A DNA stretch of 64,000 bases from an uncultured Pseudomonadales bacterium (GCA_964348085.1 CAYGBI010000012.1:215-64214); one strand, 5' to 3'. Shown: positions 9,289-19,318, counted from the stretch's first letter. Numbers and translations: made by a program. The notes: generated by a model from the letters alone, not told the origin.

Positions 9289-10287
9289 TCATTGGAAGGC
9301 CCAACCGCTCCAGATGTTGCCCGCGGTCGCTGGTACGTCCTCTCGGAAGTTGCGCGTATCCACCCACCACTGGTACTTCTCGCCCGGGCCATACTCGTCG
9401 TCGTCGAAATAACTGTAGCCCGCGCATTGGTAGTCGCAAGGCACCACCAAACGCACGGTCGGTTGGTCGCCTTCGGCGGAGTAGTTGACGCCGGCCGAGT
9501 GCAACGTTCGCGGATGCCAGAATATCACGTCACCGGCGTCGCCCGGGAACTCCACCGGCGTCGTATCGCGCAATATCGCATCGCGAGTCGAGCGAAACCC
9601 CTCGCCGCGCGCCGGCGCGATCCTGCCGCCATGGACCGTGTCCCAGTGCGGGTGCAAGCGCAGGTGCGAACCGGGCCAAAGGGTGAAGCCGCCGCCCCGC
9701 GCCTCGACCGGATGCACCAGCACCATGGCCGACAACTGCGCCGCCATGTAGTCCGCATGCGGTCCCAAGCGGCCAACCGAGTCCACCGGCTTCGGGAACA
9801 CGGCATAGATGCCGCGCACCCGCTTCGACGGCTTGATCGGCGCCCCCAAGAACGCCCTTGCGACGGCGTGCATGTGCGGATGGTTGGCGATCCGCTCGAC
9901 GAGGAAGGGTTCCGTGCCGATGCCGCGTGGCCCGGGCGAGCGCATCTTCCAACTGCCTTGCGCGAAGCGTCCAACTCGTTGTACGTCCGAGTCCGTCCAC
10001 TTCTCGTGCGCATCCTGCCATGTGGCGGGCTGGTCGCGGCGCATGACGCCCCGTGGGACATGGCGCCACAGATGGTCGATCACGTGGGCGAAAGCCGCCT
10101 CGTCGTCGATCAACCCGCGCTTGACGATGAATCCGTGCCGCTTGAAGTGCGCAACCTCGCCGGCCGAGAGCGACGCGCCCGGCGTTGCGCAATCCGGGTC
10201 TCGAAACGGCACCGGCTGGCGAACGACGATGTCCTCGGCCGCCGGCTGGCCGGACAGGTGACCTACGTTGTAGTCGGTGTAGCCCAT
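9289..10287 (-). CDS. phytanoyl-CoA dioxygenase (PhyH) family protein
   Basis: 332 aa with PhyH-like features (HFKRHGFIVKRGLI, HADY..., WHPRTLHSAG). Confidence 0.8.
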   Translation of the reverse strand: MGYTDYNVGHLSGQPAAEDIVVRQPVPFRDPDCATPGASLSAGEVAHFKRHGFIVKRGLIDDEAAFAHVIDHLWRHVPRGVMRRDQPATWQDAHEKWTDSDVQRVGRFAQGSWKMRSPGPRGIGTEPFLVERIANHPHMHAVARAFLGAPIKPSKRVRGIYAVFPKPVDSVGRLGPHADYMAAQLSAMVLVHPVEARGGGFTLWPGSHLRLHPHWDTVHGGRIAPARGEGFRSTRDAILRDTTPVEFPGDAGDVIFWHPRTLHSAGVNYSAEGDQPTVRLVVPCDYQCAGYSYFDDDEYGPGEKYQWWVDTRNFREDVPATAGNIWSGWAFQ

Positions 10288-11108
10288 CGCATCAGTCCTT
10301 CTTGCAGGCAGGTGGCGACGAGTTCGCCCTCTCGATTATAGAACCGACCGCTGGCGAGGCCGCTCTCGCCGCCGGTCGCCTCCACGGTCTGCGCGAACAG
10401 CAGCCACTCGTCGGCGCGTGCCGGGCGGTGAAACCACATGGCGTGATCCAAACTCGTGCCGTCGACCCCGGTATCTTGCCAGCGCTTGCCTAACGGCAGG
10501 AGAACGTGATCGATGAGCGTGCTGTCGGAGAGGTAGGCGAGTCCCGCGTGGTGGAGGGCCGGCGACTCGGGCAACGTTTCTCGAATGCGCATCCACATGA
10601 GTTGGGTCTGCGTCACGGCGACCCCGCGTGGGGCCGTTGGTGGATTGATGTAGCGGATGTCCATCGGCCGAGCGGCGCCGTACCAGACCTCCTTCCCCGT
10701 TTGCGCCAACGTGAATTCGTCGTAGGTATAGACGACTTCCTCGGGGGGCGGTACTTCCGGCATGGCGAAGGCGGCGTATTCCGGCGGTCCGTGCGGCACT
10801 TGGAACGAGGCCAGCAAGCGAAAACGCTCCTTGCCACGCTGTTCGGCGACTACTTGACGAGAGGAGAACGCCCGCCCGTCGCGAACTTCCTCGACGCGCA
10901 ACAACAACGGCAAGTCGACATCGCCCGGCCGCAGGAAGTAGGCGTGCAGCGAATGCACATCCCGCCCGGCGGGCAATGTCGCCTGCGCCGCCGCCAAGCT
11001 CTGCGCCAAAAACTGCCCACCGAACATGCGCTCGCCCTTGTCCGGCGACGGTGGCGCGGTGAACGTGTCGTCACCGTTCCGGTCGAGGTCGAGAAGGCGC
11101 GCGAACAT
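10263..11108 (-). CDS. tesB: acyl-CoA thioesterase II
   Basis: 281 aa double hot-dog thioesterase with close TesB-like sequence (FGGQFLAQSLAAA..., HSLHAYFLRPGD...). Confidence 0.9.
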   Translation of the reverse strand: MFARLLDLDRNGDDTFTAPPSPDKGERMFGGQFLAQSLAAAQATLPAGRDVHSLHAYFLRPGDVDLPLLLRVEEVRDGRAFSSRQVVAEQRGKERFRLLASFQVPHGPPEYAAFAMPEVPPPEEVVYTYDEFTLAQTGKEVWYGAARPMDIRYINPPTAPRGVAVTQTQLMWMRIRETLPESPALHHAGLAYLSDSTLIDHVLLPLGKRWQDTGVDGTSLDHAMWFHRPARADEWLLFAQTVEATGGESGLASGRFYNREGELVATCLQEGLMRWATPTTT

Positions 11109-11185
11109 CGACGCAGTTTGCGTAAGGGTGGTGTTTTGCGCAAGTCACGGGATTAAGGTTGTGCCCATTTGTTGTGGATCGCCTG

Positions 11186-11220
11186 TTGACAGACCGTTAA
11201 AACTGTACACAATTACAGTA
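11186..11220 (+). promoter_or_regulatory. sigma70-like promoter overlapped by a LexA (SOS) box
   Basis: TTGACA at 11186..11191, a 16-nt spacer, then CACAAT at 11208..11213. AACTGTACACAATTACAGTA at 11201..11220 matches the gammaproteobacterial CTGT-N8-ACAG consensus. Confidence 0.6.
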
Positions 11221-11306
11221 TTCGAGCGGTGTCGCAGGCGCTAGCCGCTTCGCCGTAGAAACCGCGAACTTCGCGATTCTTCAGACTAGGTAAAGGAGTT
11301 AAAAAC

Positions 11307-11816
11307 ATGAATGCCAACGTCTGTTCCCCTGCCCCCACCGACCAATCCATGGTCGACGACCTCATCGAAAGCCACCGCGCCATGGCTAGGCAGACCTGCC
11401 GTTTTCTCATTCAACTGCGGGAGTTCGACCTGCATCGCGCCTACAAGCACGGCACGCGCCATCTGGGCCATGTCGAGGGAGGTGGGGACGCAGGCGCCTC
11501 AGCCGAGACGGACAGTGCCTCGCAGGTTTGGGGTGCCGCCAGTTGCACGGAGTGGCTTGCGAAAGCGTGCGGCATGGATGAGGACGTCGCCCGGGAGAAA
11601 CTGGCGGTCGCTTACTCGCTGGCGAACTTGCCGCGGATTGAGGAGGCCTTTGAGGCGGGGTCCCTTAGCTATTCGAAAGTCCGTGCGCTGGTGCGCGTAG
11701 CGACCACCGAGAACGAAGGTTCCATGCTCGATTTCGCCCGCGTCATGACGGATGCGCAAGTGGCGACTTACTGCGAAAGGCTTGCCGCCCGTGAGCGCAG
11801 GCGATCAAGCGAGTAG
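11307..11816 (+). CDS. DUF222-domain protein (N-terminal module of HNH endonucleases, HNH part absent)
   Basis: Strong SD (AAGGAG, 8 nt upstream of the ATG). The sequence WLAKACGMDEDVAREKLAVAYSLANLPRIEEAFEAGSLSYSKVRALV is typical of DUF222. The ORF stops at 169 aa without an HNH motif. Confidence 0.6.
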   Translation: MNANVCSPAPTDQSMVDDLIESHRAMARQTCRFLIQLREFDLHRAYKHGTRHLGHVEGGGDAGASAETDSASQVWGAASCTEWLAKACGMDEDVAREKLAVAYSLANLPRIEEAFEAGSLSYSKVRALVRVATTENEGSMLDFARVMTDAQVATYCERLAARERRRSSE

Positions 11817-11902
11817 CGGTGGCGAGTGGTGAGCGGCGAGTAAGCAGTCGGGTTGTTGGCAACGGCGTATACTGGCTGAACCGGGTTGGGAGGAAACGCC
11901 AA

Positions 11903-12253
11903 ATGGCTCGCATCGTCCTTTATCACAATCCAGCGTGCAGCAAGTCGCGGGGTGCGCTTGCGCTCCTCAAGGAGCGGGATGTCGAGTTCGAAGTCGTCGA
12001 ATACCTGAAAAACCCGCTCGACGAAGCAGCGCTCGCCGCCGTTCTCGGCCTGATCGAAGACGCCCCCGAGGAACTCGTGCGCAAGGATGGCAACTTCCGG
12101 GAACTCGGCCTCGCAGCGAAGGACTTCACCACGCCCGAGGCGGTCGCTAGGCTGCTTGCGCAGCACCCGAAGTTGATGCAGCGGCCCGTCGTAGTGCGTG
12201 GCGAACGGGCAGTCATCGCACGGCCGCCGGAAAGAGTCGAAGAGTTGCTCTGA
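11903..12253 (+). CDS. arsC: arsenate reductase, glutaredoxin-coupled ArsC family
   Basis: 116 aa from the internal ATG. The catalytic HNPACSKSR motif and Arg residues in R773 ArsC-like positions (MQRPVVV, IARPPE) are present. Confidence 0.75.
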   Translation: MARIVLYHNPACSKSRGALALLKERDVEFEVVEYLKNPLDEAALAAVLGLIEDAPEELVRKDGNFRELGLAAKDFTTPEAVARLLAQHPKLMQRPVVVRGERAVIARPPERVEELL

Positions 12254-12374
12254 CTGCTGGTCGGAACTTAGGCGACGGGAAGCACGGCGCCTGCGCTGTA
12301 GGAGTCGCGTAAGCGAAAAGTCGCTATCGCCGTCCCTTCGGCTGATCGATTGAGAATAATGTCGGGGCGACATC

Positions 12375-13940
12375 GTGAAGCTCGACCGAGTTGTTGCCGC
12401 ATCGTCGACGGTCGCCGGCACGCGCAGCCGCAAAGCCAAACGAGATGCGCTGGCGGAATGTCTAGTGGGCTTGGGCCCCGAGGATGCCGTGGTGGGCGTG
12501 TGTTACCTCTCCGGCGCGTTGCCGCAAGGCCGCATCGGGGTGGGCCCGGGGCTGTTGCGGGCCTGCGAGAGCGTGCCCGTCGCGGATTCGTCAACCCTTG
12601 AGCTTCGCGACGTCGATCAAGCGGTTCGCGCCTTTGTCGCCGCCAAGGGCAAGGGGGCGGTGGCTGTTCGGCGCGAGTGTCTGAGGTCGCTGTTTCGCCG
12701 GGCGAGCGCGGCGGAACGCGACTTCCTGATCCGACTGTTCGTTGGCGAACTGCGTCAGGGCGCCCTCCAAGGCGTGATGGTGGAGGCCATCGCCAAAGCG
12801 TGGAGCGTGGCGCCGAGCGAGGTGCGACGCGCCCATATGCTCTGTGGCGACATCGCCGAAGTTTCGGGAGTGGCGGCCGCCGCAGGGGAGAGCGGCTTGC
12901 GACGCATCCGCTTGCGGTTGGGCAGGCCGATCCAATCCATGTTGGCAAAGACCGCGGAGAACCTCGACGACGCCTTCGGCAGCTTCGCCACGGACGGCGG
13001 GGCCACGGATGCAGGGGAAGGCGCGCCCGTGGTGGTGTTCGACGTGAAAATGGACGGTGCCCGGGTTCAGGTGCATAAAGAGGGCAACGATGTGGCCGTC
13101 TTTTCCCGGCGGCTGAACGATGTGTCCGCTAGCGTGCCGGAGGTAGTCGAAGCGGTGCGCCGGCTGCCGGTGCACAGACTGCTGCTCGACGGCGAAGCCA
13201 CCGCGATTGCCAAAGACGGGCGGCCGCTGCCCTTCCAAGTGACGATGCGGCGTTTCGGGAGGCGCTTGGATGTGGCGGCCATGCGCGCCGAACTGCCGCT
13301 TACGGTCTATTTCTTCGATTGTCTTCATGCCGACGGCGCCGACCTGTTGGAGCAGCCCTGCACCGAGCGGTTGCGACAGCTCGATCTCGCCGTCCCGCCG
13401 GAAGAGCGTATGCCGCGTTGTGTCACCGCCCTCGCCCGGGAGGCGAGCGGCTTCTTAGATGAAGCGATGCGAAGCGGTCACGAAGGGGTCATGGCCAAGC
13501 ATCCCGCGTCCGTTTACGAGGCCGGTACGCGGGGCGGCTCTTGGCTCAAGATCAAACACAGTCACACGCTGGACCTAGTGGTGCTCGCCGCCGAGTGGGG
13601 GAGCGGGCGGCGTCGGGGGTTTCTCTCCAACTTACACTTGGGCGCGTGGGATCCGGCAACCGGTGGTTTCGCCATGCTCGGCAAGACCTTCAAAGGGCTC
13701 ACCGATGCGCTGCTCAAGTGGCAGACGCGCGCGCTCTTGGACCTCGAGACAGGGCGCGCCGGCCACGTGGTCTACGTCGAACCCAAGCTGGTGGTCGAGA
13801 TCGCCTTCAACGACGTGCAGATCAGTTCGCAGTACCCGAGCGGCGTGGCGTTGAGATTCGCCCGCGTCAAGCGCTATCGCGAGGACAAGGAAGCGACACA
13901 GGCGGACACGATCGACGCCGTGCGAGCGTTGCTGCCGTGA
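12375..13940 (+). CDS. ATP-dependent DNA ligase (three-domain Lig1/LigB-like)
   Basis: 521 aa with an N-terminal DNA-binding domain and adenylation motif I VKMDGAR. Motifs EGVMAK and WLKIKHSHTLD, and a C-terminal OB domain, are also present. Confidence 0.9.
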   Translation: MKLDRVVAASSTVAGTRSRKAKRDALAECLVGLGPEDAVVGVCYLSGALPQGRIGVGPGLLRACESVPVADSSTLELRDVDQAVRAFVAAKGKGAVAVRRECLRSLFRRASAAERDFLIRLFVGELRQGALQGVMVEAIAKAWSVAPSEVRRAHMLCGDIAEVSGVAAAAGESGLRRIRLRLGRPIQSMLAKTAENLDDAFGSFATDGGATDAGEGAPVVVFDVKMDGARVQVHKEGNDVAVFSRRLNDVSASVPEVVEAVRRLPVHRLLLDGEATAIAKDGRPLPFQVTMRRFGRRLDVAAMRAELPLTVYFFDCLHADGADLLEQPCTERLRQLDLAVPPEERMPRCVTALAREASGFLDEAMRSGHEGVMAKHPASVYEAGTRGGSWLKIKHSHTLDLVVLAAEWGSGRRRGFLSNLHLGAWDPATGGFAMLGKTFKGLTDALLKWQTRALLDLETGRAGHVVYVEPKLVVEIAFNDVQISSQYPSGVALRFARVKRYREDKEATQADTIDAVRALLP

Positions 13941-13947
13941 CGGCGCC

Positions 13948-14763
13948 GTGACCGGTGGCGCTTCGGTAGTGCTCGGCGTCGAATACGACGGCAGCGCATT
14001 CCACGGTTTTCAGCGTCAGCGGGACGTGCGCAGCGTGCAAGAGGATTTGGAGACCGCGATCTCCCGCGTCGCCGACGAGCCGGTGCGCATCGTCGCCGCC
14101 GGACGCACGGATGCCGGCGTGCATGCCACGCAACAGGTGGTGAGTTTCGTTACGGACGCCCGCCGGTCGCCGGAATCTTGGCGACGCGGCGTGTCGAGTT
14201 TGACTAGGGATGCGCTCGGCGTCGTCTGGGCCAAGACGCTGGATGCTCCCTTCCATGCCCGTTTCGATGCGCTGTGGCGACACTACGTATACATTTTCAG
14301 CGACGCGCCGGTGCGACCCATCATCCATCGCCACTTGCTCGCTTGGTCGCACGCGCCGGCGGCAAGGGGGAGCGGCGCCTTGCTGGACGCGCCGCGCATG
14401 CACCACGCCGCGCAGTGCCTCGTCGGCGAGCACGACTTCTCGTCGTTCCGCGCCGCGGCTTGTCAGTCCAAGTCGCCGTGCCGACGTATCGATTCCATCT
14501 CGGTCAAGCGCGTGCATGGCTACGTGGCAATCGAAGTGATCGCCAACGCGTTCCTGCTGCACATGGTGCGCAATGTCGCCGGGGCGTTGCGCGCGGTGGG
14601 CCTCGGCGAGTCGAGCTTGGACGCGCTGCGGGAACTGTTGCGCCGTCGCGACCGCACGTTGGCGCCGCCGACCGCGCCCGCACACGGCTTGTATCTTGTC
14701 GGCGTGGGTTACCCGGGCTGGCGGCTCCCGCCGCGACCGCCGCCGCTCTTGGCCTGCGGCTAG
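13948..14763 (+). CDS. truA: tRNA pseudouridine(38-40) synthase
   Basis: Contains YDGSAFHGFQRQ and the catalytic GRTDAGVHA motif. Confidence 0.9.
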   Translation: MTGGASVVLGVEYDGSAFHGFQRQRDVRSVQEDLETAISRVADEPVRIVAAGRTDAGVHATQQVVSFVTDARRSPESWRRGVSSLTRDALGVVWAKTLDAPFHARFDALWRHYVYIFSDAPVRPIIHRHLLAWSHAPAARGSGALLDAPRMHHAAQCLVGEHDFSSFRAAACQSKSPCRRIDSISVKRVHGYVAIEVIANAFLLHMVRNVAGALRAVGLGESSLDALRELLRRRDRTLAPPTAPAHGLYLVGVGYPGWRLPPRPPPLLACG

Positions 14764-14848
14764 GAGCCAGTTGAACTTCACAGCTTTTGCCGCCAAGTCC
14801 AACGGACTGGTACGATGCGCGGCTTTCTCGTTCTCGTGGCGTCGGCAG

Positions 14849-15481
14849 ATGGCGAAATCGCGCACGCGCGTACGCGTAAAGATCTGCGGGGTAACGACGA
14901 CCGCGGATGCTCTTCTCGCAGCTAACGCCGGCGCGGATGCGGTCGGCTTGAACTTCCATCCGCCGAGCCCGCGTGCCGTTGACGTGGCGACCGCGGGCGA
15001 GATCGCGGCGGCTTTGCCGCCGTTCGTGGCGACCGTCGGGTTGTTTGTCGATGCCGCGCCGGAAGCCGTCTCGGCGACGCTGAAGGAGGTACGGTTGGAC
15101 AGCCTGCAATTTCACGGCGACGAGTCCCCCGCCTTCTGCCGCAGCTTTGGTGTTCCTTATATAAAGGCGGCAGGCATGTGCGAAGGCTTCGACTTCGACG
15201 TCTTTTCGCACCGCTACTCGGATGCCTGCGCCTTGCTGCTCGATGCTTACTCGCCAGACTTGAAAGGTGGCACCGGACGGACGTTCGACTGGGGCACATG
15301 GCCGCGTAGCGAACGCCCGCTCGTGCTCGCCGGTGGTCTCCACGCCGACAACGTGGCAGCGGCGATCGCCACGACCCGCCCCTATGCGGTGGACGTGGCA
15401 AGCGGTGTCGAGGGCGCCACGAAGGGGCGCAAGGACGTGCGCCGAGTAACGCGTTTCTTGGCGGCGGTGGCCAATGCCTGA
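14849..15481 (+). CDS. trpF: phosphoribosylanthranilate isomerase
   Basis: Internal ATG at 14849 ([17 protein letters not shown]...). TrpF-like throughout. Overlaps the trpB start. Confidence 0.9.
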   Translation: MAKSRTRVRVKICGVTTTADALLAANAGADAVGLNFHPPSPRAVDVATAGEIAAALPPFVATVGLFVDAAPEAVSATLKEVRLDSLQFHGDESPAFCRSFGVPYIKAAGMCEGFDFDVFSHRYSDACALLLDAYSPDLKGGTGRTFDWGTWPRSERPLVLAGGLHADNVAAAIATTRPYAVDVASGVEGATKGRKDVRRVTRFLAAVANA

Positions 15482-16688
15482 ACGCAATCGCGAACGCTAC
15501 CGAGCGCCGACGGCGGAGGGCCGATTCGGCGATTACGGCGGCCGTTTCGTGGCCGAAACGCTGATGCATGCGCTGGCCGAGTTGACGGGGCTCTATCAGA
15601 CCGTGTCCGCGGACGAGGGATTTCAAGCTGCGCTTAAAGTCGAACTGGAACGCTATGTCGGCCGGCCCACGCCGCTGTACTGTGCCGAACGGCTTACGGC
15701 GCACGCCGGCGGCGCACGCATCTACTTGAAACGGGAGGACTTGAGCCACACGGGTGCGCACAAGATCAACAACACCGTCGGTCAAGCGATGTTGGCGAAG
15801 CGCATGGGCAAGACGCGGGTGATCGCGGAGACCGGCGCCGGCCAGCATGGTGTGGCCACCGCTACCGTGGCGGCGCGCTTGGGGCTTGCGTGTCGCGTCT
15901 ACATGGGCGCGCTGGACATCGAGCGTCAGAGTGTGAACGTCTACCGCATGAAGCTCTTGGGTGCCGAGGTGGTCGCCGTCGAGTCCGGTTCCTGCACGCT
16001 CAAGGACGCCATGAACGAGGCCATGCGCGACTGGGTGACCAACGTCGATACCACGCACTACATCATCGGCAGCGTCGCCGGGCCGCATCCGTACCCCATG
16101 CTGGTGCGCGACTTCCAAGCCGTCATCGGCGTCGAGACGAAGGCGCAGTGCTTGGCCGCCGAGGGCCGTCTGCCGGACCTCTTGGTGGCTTGCGTCGGCG
16201 GCGGCTCCAACGCCATGGGCTTGTTCTATCCCTTCGTGGACGACGACGGTGTGGACATGGTGGGGGTGGAGGCGGCCGGCGACGGTTTGGCGACTGGCCG
16301 CCACGCCGCACCGCTTGCCGCTGGCACGCCCGGGGTGTTGCACGGCAGCCGCACCTACATCATGGACGACGACGACGGGCAGATCGTGGCTACCCACTCC
16401 ATCTCCGCCGGCCTCGACTACCCCGGGGTCGGTCCCGAACACGCGCATTGGAAGGACATCGGCCGCGCCAAATACACGAGCGTCACCGACACCGAAGCGC
16501 TGGCCGCGTTCCGTCTGCTTACCCGCGCCGAGGGCATCATGCCGGCGCTGGAGTCGAGCCACGCCGTGGCTTGGGCGCTTGAGGAGGCAGCCCGACGTCC
16601 ACCGAGCGACGTGATCGTGGTCAACTTGTCGGGGCGGGGCGACAAGGACATCCACACCGTTGCCGGCATCGACGGCATAGAGGTGTAA
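15474..16688 (+). CDS. trpB: tryptophan synthase beta chain
   Basis: Contains the [12 protein letters not shown]-lysine motif. Full-length TrpB similarity. Confidence 0.95.
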   Translation: MPERNRERYRAPTAEGRFGDYGGRFVAETLMHALAELTGLYQTVSADEGFQAALKVELERYVGRPTPLYCAERLTAHAGGARIYLKREDLSHTGAHKINNTVGQAMLAKRMGKTRVIAETGAGQHGVATATVAARLGLACRVYMGALDIERQSVNVYRMKLLGAEVVAVESGSCTLKDAMNEAMRDWVTNVDTTHYIIGSVAGPHPYPMLVRDFQAVIGVETKAQCLAAEGRLPDLLVACVGGGSNAMGLFYPFVDDDGVDMVGVEAAGDGLATGRHAAPLAAGTPGVLHGSRTYIMDDDDGQIVATHSISAGLDYPGVGPEHAHWKDIGRAKYTSVTDTEALAAFRLLTRAEGIMPALESSHAVAWALEEAARRPPSDVIVVNLSGRGDKDIHTVAGIDGIEV

Positions 16689-16690
16689 AC

Positions 16691-17494
16691 GTGAACCGGC
16701 TGAACCAGCGTTTGACGGCAAGGAAGAACGCGGGACGAAAGGTGCTCAACGCCTTCGTCACCGCTGGCGATCCCCAGCGCGCGGTCACCGTGCCGGCGAT
16801 GCGGGCGCTGGTACGAGGTGGCGCTGACCTCGTCGAGCTCGGCGTGCCGTTCTCGGACCCCGAGGCCGACGGGCCCGCCATCCAAGCGGCGTCCGAGCGG
16901 GCGTTGGCGAACGGCATGACGTTGGCGGACGTGCTCGCCATGACGGCCGAGTTCCGCACGCTCGACGCCGATACGCCGGTGGTGCTCATGGGTTACTTGA
17001 ATACGTTTCTGAAGATGGGCTTGGCTACGTTCTGCGCCAAGGCGGCGAGCGCTGGCGTGGACGGCGTAATCGTCGTCAACATGCCGCCCGAAGAGTCCGG
17101 CGAGTTCAAGGCGCGATTGGCCGAGCATGGCATCGCCTTGGTGTTCTTGGTGGCGCCTACCACCACCGCCGAACGCGCCGCCTACATCGCCGAACACGGC
17201 GACGGCTTCATCTACTACGTCAGCTACAAGGGCGTCACCGGCGCCAAGACCGCGGACGCCGATGCCATTGGCGCACGGCTCGTCGAGTTGCGCCGGCACA
17301 TCCGCGCCTTGCCGCTGTTGGTCGGCTTCGGCATCCGGGACGGCGCATCCGCGGCCCGCGTCGCCCCGCACGCCGACGGCGTCGTGGTGGGCACCGTCTT
17401 CGTGAATACCATGGCGGAGGGTGACCCGGCCGCCATCCCAAGCCGCCTAGCTGGCCAAGCCGGAGAGATTCGGCAGGCGTTGGATGCGCTGTGA
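16691..17494 (+). CDS. trpA: tryptophan synthase alpha chain
   Basis: TrpA-like (ELGVPFSDPEADGPAIQ) and lies immediately after trpB. Confidence 0.95.
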   Translation: MNRLNQRLTARKNAGRKVLNAFVTAGDPQRAVTVPAMRALVRGGADLVELGVPFSDPEADGPAIQAASERALANGMTLADVLAMTAEFRTLDADTPVVLMGYLNTFLKMGLATFCAKAASAGVDGVIVVNMPPEESGEFKARLAEHGIALVFLVAPTTTAERAAYIAEHGDGFIYYVSYKGVTGAKTADADAIGARLVELRRHIRALPLLVGFGIRDGASAARVAPHADGVVVGTVFVNTMAEGDPAAIPSRLAGQAGEIRQALDAL

Positions 17495-18765
17495 ACACGC
17501 CAACGGACCTTGCCGGCTGGCTCGAACGCATCGGGGTCGAACATCCCCGTGGCGTGCTGCGCGGCTTGGACGGCGTGCGCGTGGTTGGCGAGCGCTTGGG
17601 CGTGCTGCCGCCGGCGCCAACGACGATCGTGGTTGCCGGCACCAACGGCAAGGGGTCGACCACCGTCTTCGCCGAGCACTTGCTGCTCGCGGCTGGGCGC
17701 TCCGTGGGCACCACCACCTCGCCCCATGTCCACGTCTTCAACGAACGCATCCACATCAATGGCGAAGCGGCGAGCGATGCGGCCATCGTCGCCGCCTTTG
17801 ACGCCGTCGAAGCAGCCCGGGGCGACGTCGGCCTGTCCTACTTCGAATACGCCACGCTTGCCGCACTGCTTGCGATCACCCGGGCGCAAGTCGACTTCGC
17901 GGTATTGGAGGTGGGACTCGGCGGGCGGTTGGACGCGGTGAACGCAGTCGATGCGGATGTCGCGGTCATCACCAGCATTGGCTTGGACCACCAGCAGTAT
18001 CTAGGCAACACGCGGCACATAATCGGGGCTGAAAAGGCCGGCGTCTTGCGGCGCGGTCGCCCGGTGGTGGTCGGCGAACCCAGCCCACCCGCCTCCGTAC
18101 TCGCGCGAGCTCGGGAGTTGCGCGCGCCGGTTTACCTCGCCGGGCGGGACTTCGGTCAAGGCGATGGCGTACTGTGGTACGAACGCGGTCGCGACCGGCA
18201 ACGGTTCCACTATCGGTGTGGCGCCATCGACCCTACCAACGCGGCGACCGCACTACAGGCGGTGCAAGTCGCCGGCCGGCAGGTGGACCAAGCCGCTCTG
18301 GACCAAGCGGCGGTCACGGTGCGGAACCCCGGACGCTGCGAAGTCCTTCGCCGCGACGAACGAACTTGGGTGCTTGACGTGGCGCACAACCCCGACGGCG
18401 CGCGCTTCTTCGCCAACCAATTGCGGCGGCGTTTTCCGGGCCGGCGCATGGCCGGCATCGTCGGCTGCTTGGCCGACAAGGACGTCGCCGGCATCGTCGC
18501 GCCCCTCAAGCCCTTGGTTTCCGAGTTCGCTTACGTGTCGACGACGGGCGAACGTGGCCGCGGCGCGGAGTCGTGCCGCGCGGCGGCCGGCGACTTGGCG
18601 GCGTTCGCAGGTTCCTTGGACGCCGCGATGACGCGCCTCGCCCGCGCCAACGATGTTATTCTCGCGTTCGGTTCCTTCGACTTGGTGGAGCGGTTGCGCC
18701 GTCGGTTGCTGGCGCAGCGAGCGAAAGCCTGCGGGGAGGTGCGCGGGGGATCGCCCCGCGCTTGA
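17491..18765 (+). CDS. folC: bifunctional folylpolyglutamate synthase / dihydrofolate synthase
   Basis: Mur-ligase P-loop VAGTNGKGST with FolC-like sequence. Has a 4-nt overlap with trpA. Confidence 0.9.
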   Translation: MNTPTDLAGWLERIGVEHPRGVLRGLDGVRVVGERLGVLPPAPTTIVVAGTNGKGSTTVFAEHLLLAAGRSVGTTTSPHVHVFNERIHINGEAASDAAIVAAFDAVEAARGDVGLSYFEYATLAALLAITRAQVDFAVLEVGLGGRLDAVNAVDADVAVITSIGLDHQQYLGNTRHIIGAEKAGVLRRGRPVVVGEPSPPASVLARARELRAPVYLAGRDFGQGDGVLWYERGRDRQRFHYRCGAIDPTNAATALQAVQVAGRQVDQAALDQAAVTVRNPGRCEVLRRDERTWVLDVAHNPDGARFFANQLRRRFPGRRMAGIVGCLADKDVAGIVAPLKPLVSEFAYVSTTGERGRGAESCRAAAGDLAAFAGSLDAAMTRLARANDVILAFGSFDLVERLRRRLLAQRAKACGEVRGGSPRA

Positions 18766-18772
18766 GCGGAGC

Positions 18773-19318
18773 GTGCTGACGGAGCGAAATCGATATCGCC
18801 TGACGGGGACGATTTTTCTGGTCGCCGTCGCCGCGGTGGTGCTGCCCATGCTGTTCGATGGCGAGGGCGTGGCGCCGCTGGAGCTAGAGGCCGTCGCCCC
18901 CGCCGATTTCGAAGTTGAACGGGACCGCTCGCCCGTGCCCGATGTGACGGTCGCCGTGGCGGCGCGGGATGAACTGAAGGCGGCGGTCGACGAAGATGGC
19001 TACGCCACCGATACCGGCACGCGCTTGGGCGAGCCGGCGCTGCTGACGCGCCGGGAGGCCTTGGCGCTCGGGCTTCCCGATTTGAAGTGGGCGGTGCAAG
19101 TGGCGAGTTTCACGCAGCATGAAAACGCCACCGCGCAGCGGGACCGGCTGCTGGCGGACGGCTACGAGGCGTTCCTTTCCAACGTCAAGCGACGCGGCGA
19201 AATCACTACCCGCGTCGCCGTCGGCCCGCTCATCAACCAAGACGACGCCGAGCGACTGAAGGACGAACTCAACGAGCGCTATGCGTTCAGCGCCGTATTG
19301 GCGAGGTTCAGCCCCTGA
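18773..19318 (+). CDS. SPOR-domain cell-division protein (DedD-like)
   Basis: GTG at 18773 just after the folC stop. One TM segment and a C-terminal SPOR domain (WAVQVASFTQHENATAQRDRL...). Occupies the dedD slot between folC and cvpA. Confidence 0.7.
   Translation: MLTERNRYRLTGTIFLVAVAAVVLPMLFDGEGVAPLELEAVAPADFEVERDRSPVPDVTVAVAARDELKAAVDEDGYATDTGTRLGEPALLTRREALALGLPDLKWAVQVASFTQHENATAQRDRLLADGYEAFLSNVKRRGEITTRVAVGPLINQDDAERLKDELNERYAFSAVLARFSP

Noticed and set aside
8291-9412. 373-aa plus-strand ORF with a PPEV periodic repeat
   Set aside because: It is the mirror image of the TSGG repeats of the DUF4097 gene on the minus strand. That gene has a signal peptide and a recognisable family pattern.
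14922-16721. 599-aa minus-strand ORF antisense to trpF and trpB
   Set aside because: The plus strand encodes unmistakable TrpF and TrpB. The antisense ORF is low-complexity (R/P/G/A-rich), a high-GC artefact.
17491-17494. Absence of accD between trpA and folC as an anomaly
   Set aside because: In some relatives accD sits here, but gene order varies among lineages and accD may simply lie elsewhere. This cannot be assessed from one window.
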